Shown: piece after piece, positions 1-15,200 of the stretch | Position numbering within the stretch: position 1 is the first letter of the stretch | Layout: each line of letters begins with the position of its first letter | Source of the DNA: Stegostoma tigrinum | Lineage: Eukaryota | Assembly: GCF_030684315.1 (NCBI RefSeq) | Contig: NC_081365.1 | Location: forward strand, 60,938,481 to 61,002,480 | DNA: 64,000 nt | Direction of reading: 5' to 3' | Translations under genes and position numbers: made by a program | Notes under the pieces: generated by a model | Told to the model about the DNA's origin: nothing | The model's database searches: none | Seen by the model: only the letters and a program-made list of their open reading frames with translations

Positions 1-33
1 GCTGATGTTTCGGGCCTAGACCCTTCATCAGAG
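1..33 (-). mobile_element. Family A Penelope end with hammerhead core (cut by the window edge)
   Basis: Minus strand reads CTGATGA-AGGGTCTAGGCCC-GAAAC-ATC (31 to 4). Confidence 0.7.
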
Positions 34-165
34 ACTTCTGGTGTTATGCAGCTTGAGTTCTGTTGCACTGTTGAACTTAAAGGCATTGCCTTTGCAATCA
101 AAGGTAATGGAAAAGCAAAGAAAATTTAAAAAAAAATTTATACAATGAAATAATTCACATTTTAC

Positions 166-222
166 CTGCTCATCCAAAACGGGGAGCGACAAGTCTAAAA
201 ATGATTCTTCTACTAATGTAAC
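166..222 (-). CDS. USP16: USP16 exon ([19 protein letters not shown])
   Basis: cag acceptor, gtaaaa donor, 57 nt. Confidence 0.93.
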
Positions 223-3200
223 CTGAAAAATAAATACAAAGAGTTTTTTCTTGGTAATTTATTGCTGAACCTATAGTCTAAGCAATAACATTTGCCCTTC
301 CTGCAGCTGCCAAAGTAGTTTCTTGTCAGGGAGAGCTCTCTGATATCTGACCTTAACGTTTTACCACATAGAATGTTATAGTTACGAATATATGAATATG
401 AATGAGGAACAACAATAGGCCCCTAGAACAGGAGTGCAGTGGAGGCCAGGACGTTAAATGTCTTCAAGGCAGAGATCAACAAATTCTTGATCTCACAAGG
501 AATCAAGGGCTACGGGGAGAGCGCAGGGAAGTGGAGTTGAAATGCCCATCAGCCATGATTAAATGGCAGAGTGGACTCGATGGTTTCAAATGGCCTTACT
601 TCCACTCCTATGTTTTATGATCTTATGGTTACAGATCACCAACCTACAAAATCATATGCAAAATGAAATATTTTAAACTTGTGCACATCCAGAAAAATCT
701 TAAATCCAGTCCAGATAATAGGCTGTGTTCTAAGTTGTTAGTGATAATGGGAACTAAAAACCAATCAAAATAATCAACTCTAAACTGACAACAAAAGTAG
801 TGCATTAGTTTCAAATTTAAGTTCCAGTTTTCAAAAGAACATATTTCAGTGTCGAGCACTTAGTAAATTTAGACACAATGTAATCTTTTAAAATGATATG
901 CGCCACGCAAAAAAACTTACAAAATACAGATAACATTACTAAATGCACAAACATATTAGTAGGTATTAACTGAACACCGAGTAAGAGGCACATCCAAGTG
1001 TACACGATACAAACTATGTGAACTTTCAAAGCTTTCAGGCAAGCCTTTCTTACGCATAAAATAATTTAACAAATGGACACAAATTGCCTCTCAAAATTTA
1101 ATCATCAGTGTACAACTGAGTACTAGACAGAGACAGTGAACAATGACAGTTTATATTCAACTTAGGGATTTGAGGAATAAGACAGGAGCTTGAATGTTTT
1201 GTATTGGGTCACTGTACTATATAAATTCACAGAATCCAAGGTTCGATTGCGAACCTCTTTTTAATTGGTTGGCCTCAGTCAGCTCAAGTGGAAGAGCTAC
1301 AATTTGTCTAAGAGCCAATGAGTTTGGAAAAATGAAAAGCACTCAGGTTCTTTAGTGGATGTCCATTGGTGCTGATATTAGGATTGGACTTAGATACGAT
1401 GCTCCTCTATCCAGTTAACATCCTAATGAAAATTGAAGTATTCAGTATTAGAGGATACCTGGCACTATGGAATTGTAAGTAACATGAAGTCAGCATCACA
1501 AGACCGAAGGAGAGGGAAAAACTCTTTGAGCATACTGAGGCAAAACAATTTACTGGCACATTAATTTAAACAAAATTACACATCATATACAATAGTGAAC
1601 TATTTTACATCCCTTATATATAACATGATCGTTACAAAATCATTTTCCGCCATCAACATTTTGTACCCATTCTTTTCGATTGACTCGTGTCAATCTATCT
1701 CACCATTTTACACTCCTCACACATGATTGTACTTGTCATTGTGCCACCAAACACCCGGTCAACGAAGTTCAGCATGGAGCCCTCTTTTTCATATGCTAGT
1801 ACAAAGGAGAAAATCCAAGTGTAAATCATTTTGCTTTATCTAGCATGGAATTACTTCTTACCTTGTGACTAAAATGAAAAACAGGCCCTTTCAATACTGC
1901 AGTAGTATGCCAGCATCCACAAGAGGCTGCTAGAGAGCTGAGTAAAAATTGTCATCAGCAATGCCTGTCATCAGCTCATTTGGCTAGACTGTAGGTTTGT
2001 GATGCAGAGTGATGCCAACAGCATGGACTCAAAAGGCACTGGCTTAGGCTATGAAGGCCCCCTGCTCAAGGCATGGAAACCCTCAGGTTAACGTCACTAC
2101 CAGTCGTCTCCTTTTAATGAGAGCAGCCAATAGTAGTCTAGGACTGTGGTGACTTGACAGTTAACATGAATATCACCCAATAATTCTGAAAAATCTTTAC
2201 ATGTAATTCAGAGCTTAAGCCAAGGAATTCACAATTGCTGATACTGAATATTTATTATTAATACCAAAATTTAAGACCTTTATAACGGTGCGAGCAGAAG
2301 ACTGATGATATAATGGTAACATGACTGGACTTGTAATTCAGAGACCTGGTTAACATTCCAGGGTAGAGTTCAAATACCAACATGGCAGCTAGTGGAACTT
2401 AGAATTAGATATAAAATTCTATTGATTAATAAATACAGAATTCAAAATTAGTTTCAGCGATGGCAAATGTTGTAAAAGCACCTTTGGGGAAGGGCATCTA
2501 TTTGTCATTCTTTCTTGGTCTAACCCATGGTTAACATTTAATTGCCCAATGTGATAGCCGAGCAAGACAAAAAGATGTTCTAAAACACTACAGAAAAGTC
2601 AAACCAGATACAGAGGTTCACAACGTCAAGGACAAACAAGAATGGGCAACAAATGTTGGCCTTGCCAGTGATGTCTACATTCCACAAAAGAGTAAAGAAA
2701 AATCTCTAAGCAAGTATACCTGTTTAACACTCAAATAGACCAAATGCCCTGAATGTACCCACATATTTGTCACTAAAAACAGTAAAACAATAAATATCTG
2801 TGCTAATGGAGAACCTTTTTCAAAGCTCAATTAAGCTACCTACAAATCATGCTGCTGTACTGATAACTCAAACTGAAACACAACTCATTACCAGAATGAG
2901 TGTAAAACGGGTTCACAGAAATAGATTAATGCAAGGAACGTCCCTCTTTCACTAGAAGTGGGTCAGTCTTTCAGAAGGCCAAACTGTCTGCTGTACAGAA
3001 TATCCTCCCTTGCCTAATAATGTCAACAGAAAATTTACAAGTTTCCTAAAGCAATGTTGGTCTGAATTCTTTATATGTGCAGTTAGTACAGTATTCAGTG
3101 TACTAAAACTGTAGCTCCAGTGACGTGCTATCCAAACCAACACCAATTGTAATGATAAAATCAGGAGCAATGGTTTTCTGTGCTGCACATTCTGTTAGTT

Positions 3201-6200
3201 TTGATGTGTTCACAAATTTGAATAGCTCAAAATATTACCAGTCTTATTGGCCCATGGCTCTAAGGTACAACTGTAAACTGCGGTTAGGATTCCCACGTAT
3301 TCCTTCAAAAGGTTATCGGCCAATTTCCTTCAAAATTCTCACTTTATCTTGTGTTTCTGTCTCAGAACAGACCCAGAGGCTTAAATGGTCCTTTTAACAG
3401 GATGGTCAGCTTTATCCAATTGGATCTCTTGAGCTTCAGTTTTACCTTTGTTTACTCTTAATTCAGGAACACCCCTTAACAACTGGAACTCTGGTGTTCC
3501 ATCTCTCCCTCAGCACACCTCAGAAAATCTAGACTATCTACAGTAGCTCTGCCACCCATTCAAGATTCCCTTTGATTTATATTCCTCAACAGTACCCCAG
3601 GCAGTACATTTACCTACTGAGTTACAGGTACAGTCCCCCTATTCGCTATATTCAAAGTAAGTGGCGGTACTATGAAATTACCTTTCATGGTTTTCTTGGA
3701 TTCTTCATTTTCCATCATCTCTGAAGTGTAATTCAAGGCTTTTAAAATACCAGCACCTATGCGCTAAGAATCAAATACAATGAAACGTGCTTTTAGAAAA
3801 TATATTTTTTTGATTACAAGACTTGATGTACAGAGTTTCAATTGCCCATCAGTAAATAATGGAGAAATATAGAGCTGATTCTTCACTATGTAATCCACTA
3901 CATTTTCAACATACAATCCCCACTGCTTACAGTGAGCACACTAGTGTCAGTGGTATAGAGGCCAATAAAAATCTCGTAAAAAGTTTGGAGAGACTTTTCA
4001 TTCTCTTTGCTTCAGTCTAAATATCCTATTCTTGTTCTGCACATTGCATAAATAGCCTTAACACATTTTCAAACAAAATTTGATAGAGGATAAAACAGTG
4101 AGCGATAAAATGTCTTTGATCAAAATTATGAACTTTGAATGGTAAGCAGATCAAAAAAGGGAATCTTATCAGTATATTGTTGGGAGAGGCATTTTTGTTC
4201 CAGAGATGTGTCAAACAAGCTTTAATTCTGAAATGCCACTGATTGTGGTAGTCTTGCGCAGTTCTACTTCTCACGTGACTGAAGTTTTACTGAAACTTTT
4301 AGAAATCACCAAGCACAGGGTGTTAGCTTGCTAACACTTGAATAGCTAACTACATTAACACTTTACTGCTTCTCCTGCAAAACTCTTGACAAAATATGTA
4401 CAGAAGAGTGTACTATACAGTTGTGATAGCAACAAGATCTATTGGCTATCAAACGTTTAACAGTTTCATGCTTCTCTGCCAGAATCATTATCAAACCTAA
4501 CAAACAAATTAATGAGATAACAAGGTGTAGAGCTGGATGAACACAGTAGGCCAAGCAGCATCAGAGGAGCAGGAAAGCTGACATTTCAGTACTAGACCCT
4601 TCTTCAGAAATGGAGGAGTGGAAGGGGATTCTGAAATTAATAGGGAGAGTGGGGGAGGCGGACAGAAGATGGACAAAGGAGAAGTTAGGTGGAGAAGAGA
4701 CAGACAGGTCAAAGAGGCGGGGGTAGAACCAGTAGAGGTGAGTGTAGGTGGGGAGTTAGGGGCGTAGGCCAGTTCAGAGAGGACAGACAGGACAAGGGGG
4801 AGGGAGGAGGCTGATAGGTAGGAAATGGGGGTGGGGCTTGAGGTGGGGGGAGGGGATAGCTGGGAGGAAGGACAGGTCAGGGAGCCTGTCCTTCCTCCCA
4901 CCTATCCCCTCCTCCCACCTCAAGCCCCACACCCCTCTCCTATCTACCAGCCTCATCCTGCCCCCTTGACCTGTCTCTCCTCCCCTCACTCCCAACCTAC
5001 ACTCACCTTTACTGGCTCCACTGCCACCTCTTCGATTTGTCTGTCTCCTCTCCACCTACCTTCTCCTTTATTCATCTTCCATCCGCCTCCCCACTTCCCT
5101 ATTTATTTCAGAATCCTCTTCCCCTCCCCCATTTCTGAAGAAGGGTCTCGACCCAAAACGTCAGCTTTCCTGCTCCTCTGATGCTGCTTGACCCGCTGTG
5201 TTCATCTAGTTCTACACCTTGATATCTCAGATTCTTCAGCATCTGCAGTTCCTACTATCTCTGAAACGATTAAATTAGGACATTATTCTTTTAAATCATT
5301 GCTGCTTTATTTTAATGATGATTTTAAATTTGGACAAGAGATCAAATGAAACTCATTATGATAACAGGTGAATACAACAACCAAACACCCTGGGAATTAA
5401 TGATAAGTAAACATCATTTTTTGATATGTACACCTTTGTAATTGAGGTTACAGTGCTGGTAAAACAGATGGTGCCAATTTTCCAATATAGGTGCAAAAAC
5501 AAAGTTGCTGGAAAAGCTCAGCAGGTCTGGTTGCATCTGTGAAGGAAAAAACAGAATTAACGTTTCGGGTCCGGTGAGCCTTCCTCAGAACTCAGTTTTA
5601 AACTCTGCATCCGCAGTTATTTCGGTTTTTATTCTGATATAGGTGGCTGTTCAGAATAAATAGGCATGGAGCAAGTGAGTAGACTGTACTTACAACATCA
5701 TACGCAAATTAAAATAACACAATATTTACATTGATCAGATAACTAAACTGTGCAGATAATTTATTTTAACTCATTTCCAAATGGATAATGCACCACAGAT
5801 AAATATGAACTATTTAGATGCACTTAGTACTGTTCACTGTATACTCTTGAAAATGTGCATGGAGTATTATATACCATTTTTGTATATTTACTTGCATTGC
5901 ACGAAGTTCAGGAGAGGTTCACTGGATTGATTCCAGAGAAGAAGGGTTTGTCTTATGGTGAAAGATTGAGCAGATTAGACCTATACTGTCCGGAATTTAG
6001 AAGAGAGGTATACAAGAGGGTGCAGGGGATTGACAAAGTGAACATACAGCAGACGTTTCCACATGTGGGGCAATCTATAACGAGAACTCATAGTTTTAGG
6101 ATAAAGGGTAGCTGAGGAGGAATTACTTCTCTCACTGGGTCATAAAACTGTGGAATTCACTAACCTAGTGTGAGATAGATGCTTGCACATTGAGTAAATT

Positions 6201-9200
6201 TAAGGACGAGATAGACAGATTTTTAAATTATAAGGGTTTGAAGGATTATGAGGAATGGGCAAAAAGTGGAGTTGAGGCCAAAATGAGATCAACTATGAAC
6301 GTATTAAATGGCAGAGCAGGCTCAAGGGGATGAACTGCCAATCCTGCTCCTCGTTCTTATGTAACATTCCTATATAAAAGGCAAAAATTACCTCAAACTT
6401 CTCATTTAAAATAAACTCTCCCTCCCTTAAAATCCACTATCTCATACATGGATTCACCCATCATGGTACCCAGCTATATTTTAAATTAAGCTAATATACT
6501 TATTCTGAGGAAGGGTCACTGAACCCGAAACGTTAACTGTTTTCTCCTCCACAGATGCTGCCGGACCTGCTGAGCTTTTCCAGCAATATTTGTTTCTATT
6601 ACAGAGTTTAGGTGATTATTCAAAACATTTATCGCCGTTTGAATATTGAAAGATGTCCTGATATTTGTTTCCTTACTTTTCACTACTTATGATCCCACTT
6701 TCCTGGTTTACTTTAGTATAACAAATAAATCAAACTCAGATTAATACAATGAGGTCATCCCTTAACTGTTTACTTGCTTGTATCATCAAATTTTATCTTT
6801 TCCCAGTCCATTCTAGACATCTCCTTCATGCTTAGAATCAGTTTGACTGCTCAAAGCACAAATTTTAACTTCAATGCTATTTTTTTGTACCTGTCCAATT
6901 CCTGCGCTTTTTCAAGGTGTAAAAATCAAAACTAGTCACTAAATTTAAGGTGGAGTAGCACTGTCCTGGCTATATGTTCCAGCATCCTACTAGGTTTTAT
7001 AAATTGCTCTGCCATATTGGCCAGGCAATGAAAGTTGAGTGTCACACCTAGTTTTAGTCACTATTAAGGTATGGCCCATGTATTTTGGGCTGTGTAGAAT
7101 TTCTCACACTTATCGTGTTAAGATGCTACTTCGTAAAAGCTGGAACAAATCCTCGCAATTTATTGTTAAATTTAATTCTAATATACATCCCTCAGCTCAC
7201 TGTCACTCATCTGGTTTACATTTCAGTTTAATAGTTACAAACAGTTGCTGAAAACCACTGCAGTACACTTACTTTGATCTCCTCAGTTCTCATTCCATCT
7301 AATAAGTAACGAAGCAACTCCTGGCTATCCTGCTGCTGGAATCCTTTAAATCGTACAGCTCTAAGGAACACATTTGAAGAAAAACATGTAAAAGGTCCGC
7401 ATTTACAAAACAGATATTCTTCACACGATTCATCTCTTTTTATGTCTTTCAATGAAAATCACTGTTAGTGCAGTACGTAAGCATGACTACACTATTTTGG
7501 GTTAAATTTTAAACCAAGGTTCTACCTGCCTTCTCAGGCATACTTAGAAGTTTCTAAAGCAATTGTGAAAGAACAAAAGTTCTCCTAGAGTCCTGGCCCA
7601 CACTTCACTTTCTTTACTGTCATTTGTAGGTTATTTATTTCATTCCTTTCTACTTAATTGCTTGTTGGCAGCCACATTTCCTACAACGGTGACTACATTA
7701 AAACAAAACTTAAGGAGTTGAAATGTGCTTTAAAATGCTGAACTTATGAGAAGCAGCAAATTAAGGCAAGTATCTCTATTCATTTTACTGCTGGTTATAA
7801 CTTAATTGTAGAAGAAATTTAATAAAATTGTAGTGGAATGCTATTGTTACTGAAATCGTTATCAGGTCACGATAGACAATTTGCTAAAATACAAATCAGC
7901 AAAATTTGTTTGCAAGTGAGTGTTTCAGGAAAAAAAAATGACCTAGTCAATGTAAATTTTATTATAAAAAAAAATTATTCACAAGGCAAACAGTGATAAT
8001 TTCAAACTGTTGTGTTTGTTCTGAAAAAACACTGCAAGATGTTTTGGTCTAATTATTATTGATATCATACTTACATATTGATGATTGGTGATACTCACTT
8101 TTTACAGACCTGAGCGAACAGCTCCTTTGGAGTGACAACATTTTTTTTGGTATCTTGGAATTCAAGAAGAAATTGGCACATTGCTGATGACAATGGTCCT
8201 GGTTGATCAAGGTGAATCTCTAGCTGTCCCTGATAATTTAAAGTAAAATTCATAAAGCTCTAAATTCAAAAGAAGTCATATTGGAGTAGAAGGGTTAGCT
8301 CTGCTTCAATTTCCATGGAGGCTGCCAGATTGGCTGAGCATATCCAACACTTGCTGTTTTACACATCAGAAGCATCTGCAGTACTTTCATTAAAATATTT
8401 TTGAGTCTAGGAACAAACTTTAAAAACATACTATGAAGTATGAATCCCTTTGAGCTGTATTTACTTATAAGGTACATTAGGCCATTTCCGACACTGTTGA
8501 GCTTTAGAAAATTTCTAATTTAAATATGAAATCTGCAGCGAAGCAGGTGTTTAAAGATAAGAGAAGCTAATAGGCCAAAACATTTGCTTTTAACGAAAAT
8601 GCATCAAATGTGAGATTTTGAGATTAAAAGAATTAAAACCACATAAGCAAATATGGTGATAATTAGATAATATCAACGTCTGATCCTTTAGTGGGATGTA
8701 CAACAGGATCTGGCTGGGCTCAGTTGATCTTTTCTGATTAAAGCCACTAGATTTTCATGATCCTTGTACGAATATGGTGAATTAGGAGCTGAAAAGCTAC
8801 TACATAAAGTAATCCCGAAGTCAAGCCCGAATTGCCAACAAACATAATTATACAATTTTTAGATTTGCATTCAACTAAACATTGTGACTTTGCAACATTC
8901 TAACATTTTAAAAGAGAAACTGAGCTGCAACTGAATGATTACTTACAGCTAACGAACATTCTTACTAAGATCAGAAGTTGCAATTCATCTTGTGCAAGGA
9001 GTTAAATATATTTTAATGTTTGCAGATACTTTGCCAATTCACAAGGAAATCTTAACAAACAATTTTTTTTTGCTAGCTTTCCTGACAGTGCGCAACATGT
9101 TCGTTAGGCATCATTGACAGCAGAGAATAAATTATTCAAAGCTTTAAAAGATACAAGGATAGAAAACTAATAAATATTCAAAAGAATGGGTGATATTTTG

Positions 9201-12200
9201 TATTATAATTCATTTATTACAATGGGTTAAACGCAATAGATCACAAGGTATAAACTGTAACACTTCCAAGTAAGTCATCACCTACCAAATTTAAAGAATC
9301 AGGTGTCACAATTGTCAGTGTAGTTTCATTCATTTTTAACTGCTGAATCAACTCATGCAGTACATAGGTCTGTGATAAGATCTGAATGAATAAACAAAGA
9401 TAAAGAAAGTCTGTTCTTTTCAACTGTTGGAAAATATTTTTTAAAAACTCTAATAAAACAAAACAAAAACTCAGATAATCCTCAAATATTTCCATAACAA
9501 GTCTTAAAACACAACAGCACCGCGGAAACAGGGATAGAAAATACAAAATAGTATTTGGCTTCTCAGTAAATGGCTGCTTACAATTATAGACTTCAAATGC
9601 AAGAAATCTCTAATAAGGTTTAACGTCTGCAATTTAAATGGTCAACTAAATGGAAAACATAAGCCAGCTAGTTGATACATTGGGCTTTTAGATTACTTGA
9701 TAGTCACCTGCATGACAGCATTAAAAAAACAAGTATTGCCAAGATTGCTGAGTCCTTTCACTGGTATCTGTTGGTTGATTTGCGCCACAGACTTTTCTTT
9801 CTCATGTTTCCCAGTTTCTGTAGTATTATCTTCCTTTCCCTTAATTTTTTCATTTGTTTGAGCCATCATAGCTGAAATTAGAAATACAGGCAATTTAAAC
9901 TACATGCATCTTTGCTCCACACATTAACCATTCATCATCTATTACCATCTATAACATTCCATCATCTATTACCACCACACCCACTACAACAGTAAGTTAA
10001 TTGAATGCCACAGGTGCCAGTTATACCTAGTGCACACATACACATTTCAGATGGCTTTCGTCAAATAAGCTGTCTATTTTTGTTCTGCAGACTTAGTGGA
10101 AAACAATAAATCATTTGTTAATTTGTACATCTGTTCCCATTTAGTCTACGGAGAACAGCAACTTCCAGCAGTCTGCAGTAACTGCAACTTAATACTCAGC
10201 AACATAGGAATAAGTTGTAGTAAATGACATTTATATTTATAAATGACAATTATACACTTATACAACAATTATTTAATTTGAACTACCTTCTGGATAACTC
10301 ACCTCCTTTTACACATTTGTCAGCAGTCTTTTTTTGGATATATGCTACAAATTGACCTAACTGATCTTTGACTTCATAATGTATTTCGTCATCACACAAG
10401 TAGCACCTGTAACAAAATAATGAAGAATTAAATCAAACTAAACTCATATTATGTAAATATTTTATCTTAAATTTACGACCATTCTTTCCTATCTTTATTT
10501 TGTTACAGCAGTACTCTTTCTCTTTAAACACATGCTTAGATAGCTGCTCGACAGCTCCATATCACTGCAAATTCCTATAATCAGAAGAATAAATTGCCAG
10601 TTCTGCAAATTTTCCCCAAACCATTGTTAACACCACTTCATTACTACTATACTTACAGCAAGGTCATACAACAATCTTTCTTGGCTTATACCTTTGTGGG
10701 ATTGCGACTGTTGGAAAACAATTCTGAAGTTCAACATCTGACCTTGGTGGTTAATCTCCACAAGATCCAGCCTTGTGCAGTTATTTTCCAGAAAGAATCA
10801 GACACTTCAAAAACCTTTTTGCAAGTGCTGGATTCTTCAGTTTTTCATAAGTACTAGGTTTCTGACAGTTTAAGGACAGGTTTTTCTGCTCCTGCATTGC
10901 TTAATCAAGATCCCACAAACATTTTGCAATTCAGCATCAAAACTGATTTTAAAATGGATATAGTGCAGCACTATTTACAGGTCATAATACATGACTATGC
11001 CACCATTCATGCAATGTTGAACCTACCATGCAGTCCAACAGTCCAAATTAAGAACCACACAATGTGGTTCCGAATGCTGCTTCTCATGATGTTTAAGGGC
11101 GTGTTGTTCTTCTGAATTCCTTCCACAACCCTAAAAATACAAATCATTCACAGACGTTTGTGGAATGAAGAAAATCATCATATACTACATCAAAGAAACA
11201 AAAAAAAAAGCACCACCTGGAAGTTTTCTCTGTATTGTAGGTTGCATGCGTATAACTTTAACTGAAATACTGTCACAAAGTAGAATTATGTGTAGAGTGC
11301 ATGGCAGCTCTCAACAATGGTAAAATTAAAAAAACACAGGCACAAGATATCTAAATATTGATGTAATCCTTCAAGTTAAACTATTACGTTGAAATAACTA
11401 ATAGATTGTGTTAAAAAACGAGTAACTTCACAAAATTACTCCATATAAGGTTCAACATGCTGCAAGAGAGTTGTTAACAAACTTCAGCTGCTGAATATAT
11501 TAACCTACACACTGAAAACTTCAAAATTTAACCAGGACAATGTAAATTTCAAAATTGAATATTTTGTTTATTCAGTAGCTCCTTAAACAATACAACTGTG
11601 ATGTGATACTCAAAATTACATTTGTTGCTTTTGTTACGATTTAGAAGAATCCAATCTGTGACAGTTAGTTACCAGTTTAAACATCATTAATTATACATAT
11701 TGAATCTATTAATGCATTACTCAATTTATATGCAGTTTAATAAAACAAATTAATCATTTAACACAAAGTAATCATAAAGCCACTTTTGTAGAAATGAACA
11801 TAAATTTCAGTACTCCTATCACACTTAAAATATTGTGCTATAAGCTACAAAAGTGAACTAAACATGCAACATATTTGCCAAATTTGAAGTTCCTTGGGCA
11901 ACATGATCAAGTGAAGAAAACTAATAGCCTGAAACAATTGGCTCAGAACACAAGTGGAATGAACTGCCAGGGGAAGTGGAAGATGCAGGTACAGTTACAA
12001 CATTTAAAATTCATTTGGACAGGTATATGAATAGGAAGGGTTCACATGGATATGGGCCAAACACAGGCAATCAGGACAATTGTAGTTTAGGAAACTTGGT
12101 AGGCATGGATGAATTGGGCCAAAAGGTCTATTTCTGTGTTCTGTATCTTTATAACTCTGGGACAAGTTTGCATAGATCTTAGGATATTTCAGAGTATTTC

Positions 12201-15200
12201 AGTCAAACGGCAATTTACCTGATGACCACATTTTAAGCATAACCAGACTGCTGGATGGTCATCATGTTTCTCCTCTGTTTTGCAGTCTTCACAAACATTC
12301 CAACAGCGCTGATGTAACTGTTTCTTAATCTGGTTTAGATTCACTCCCTTACGAACATGTAAACATTGTGACACTGTAATGAATTCAAAAACATAGCAAA
12401 ATGTAGTTTAAGACGTGAATTTGGTACTGAATTGCATGTGCTTCATTATTGATTTTAATACATTTTTGTTCTGAAGCAAATAGTGTAATGCAAGATTTAA
12501 TGTGAATTGGTGCTTCAAGACTAACAACGTTCAACACAAGTACATGACGTAAAACACTAAACGAATGTGTTCTTACATTAATTTGGAGTAATCCTAAGCA
12601 TGGGCAGAAAGTCACAGCAGTGTCCTCCAGCCAATAGCAGAATTTATTAATATATCTTTATGTTGGATTTAGGAGGATAGAAACTGATACTTGCAAATTC
12701 TCATTGAGTTCTTAATCTTTGCTAGGTGCAAGAAGAACTGAAAAAAAAAATTGCTGGCCTGGATTGTGTTTGTTAAAGACAATTAAACCATCAGTATTTG
12801 TTACTGTTATAAACTCTCAAACAGAGGGAGAGCATTCCTGCCAAATGTACACGTGCCATTAAACATGGACATTGCTATCAGTGATTGCCTGCTCCTCTGC
12901 TGGATGAAGCTATCCACTGCTGGAAATCTTAGAATTAACAAGAATTGATCTTAACTTCCGTGTTTTATACCATGTGTTTCGTAAAAATCCCTGAAGCAAT
13001 ACCATACTGAATAAAGTGTAACTTCGATTTTAAACAGCATACTTTATCATTATTACTGAACAATCCCCCAACTTGAAAGATGTATTTATATTTGTGGAAT
13101 GTCAAACACCATCGTGATGGTGGAAACGTTGATGTTCCTGCTCCTCAGATGCAGTCTGACCAGCTGTACTTTTCCAGCTTCACATTTATTGACAGCCCCT
13201 TATGAGAGCTGGTTACAGCACAATTTAAATAATCAAATGTACACAATCTGCTTACCTTGCTGTCTGAGTTTTAAGATGCAGAGTGCAATTTGGAGCATTC
13301 AGGCAGTTTTTTTTTAAAAATCGATAATGCATGGCCTCACATTTTGTCTACAATTACATTTTCCCACATTTTGTCAGACAATAAAACATCTTCTACAAAA
13401 CACATTAATATTGTCATCAATCTTAATTCAGGGATAGAAACCTAAACCCCTGAAATACAAGCCTGTGTTTTCAAGTTCTTCTCCAAAAATAAGCTGATGC
13501 TTCAAAGTATTGTGGGAATGCTTCACTGTCAGAAGTGCCATCTGCTTATGAGTTATTAAACAATTTCCCTTTCGTTTGTTCAGGTGGAAATAAAAGATTT
13601 TATAGTGTTATCTGAAGAACAGGACTGTGCTCCCAAGACTAATAGATTCCCTGGTTATTTATTACATTGTAGAAGCTTGCTGTGCTTGAACCGGCAGATA
13701 CTTCTGCCTGCAATGGCTACAATCCTAAAGTACCTCTTTGGTAGTGAAGCACTTTGGAGATGAGATGGGTGCTACCAAAGTTCTTTTTGCTTTACAATCA
13801 CATTATGCTTTAGGAATTCATGTCGCCGGTCACTGATATAGAGAGAATATATAGTGCAGATATAGTCAATTCGATCCAAACAGGCCAAACTGGTTGTCAT
13901 GCTCCATTGCATCTCTTTCCATCCTGCCTCATCCATCAGCATTATCTTCCATTTCCTTTGTTCTCATTATTAGATTGCTACCCATATACATCTCTGCAAT
14001 TTGCCTCAACTATTTCCTATTCCTATTTCCTAAGATACACATTCTCACTCAGCTCGCAGTAAAGAATGCTTTTTTTCCGAATTCCCTTGTATTTCTAGGA
14101 AACTCAATATTGACACAGTCTAGTTTTGCTCTTCTCCAAGTATAAATAATTTGTCTCTACTTTCAAACCCTTTCATAATGTTAGAGGCCCCTCTGGTGTC
14201 AACCTTCGGCCTTCTCTTTTCAAGAGACCAAGTACATTTCAGTACTGGTAAATCTCTCTTGCACCCTCCCAGTATCTCCATATCCTTTTCAAAATATAGG
14301 AGATAAAACTACACACAGTACTCCAAGTATGGCTATGCTGAGTAACCATACAGGCTTTTAGGATAATGTTTCTATTTTTCATTTCAAAAACCCAGTATTT
14401 AATTTGTATCCTTTAATTGCCTTATCACCGTGTGCTGCAACCTTTATTGGATTTTTTATTTGCACTGCCAGATCCCTTTTCTGTTCTACCTCATTTAGAT
14501 TCTTATTTCCTCAGTAATGTGTGACCCTTTTTAAAACATAATACCGCATACTTCATTACACTGAAATTGGGCAATATCGTGTCACTCTGTAAAGTTATCA
14601 ATGTCTTCTTGTAATTTGTTCCAATCTTCCTAAGCATTGACTCTCAATTTGGTGTTGTCCATAAATTTAGAAATCTTTTGTTTAGAAAGTTCTGTGGCCA
14701 GGGTACTAACTGTGATCACATCAATCCTTGTTTCAAAATTGTGTACAACGTATACTATCTATTGCACAAGGAAAGCACAATGATGCTGCTCCATCTAATG
14801 TGGATGTCTCCAGAATCTGTTATATTCAGTTGTGTCTATCGACCAAGCAACAAGTTTATTACATAAAATACTCAATTCACTTTGAAACTCTATAGCAGTA
14901 ATGAAAACCAACTAAAGATGCCTTATATTGATGCCTATTTAGATAACAGCAAATACCTATCGTAAAATAAACATTCTAACCAAATGTAACTTCAGACCTT
15001 TGTAATTTTCTTTTTAACAATAACTATTTTGAGGTTTGATAATCCATTTATTTGACCTTAAATTACTTGAAATGTAGTTCAATGCACAAAATAGATTTTA
15101 CCAAAAAGAATTTTAAAAATTTGAAAAAAAAAAGCACTTTGTAGGATTTCAAGTTCACAGAACAGTCCAGCACAGGGCAGGCCATTCGGCCAATCATGTT

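Noticed and set aside
10281-10302. Alternative USP16 donor GAAG|gtag 16 nt beyond the chosen one
   Set aside because: Would shift the frame; the gtgagt donor at 10302 keeps phase
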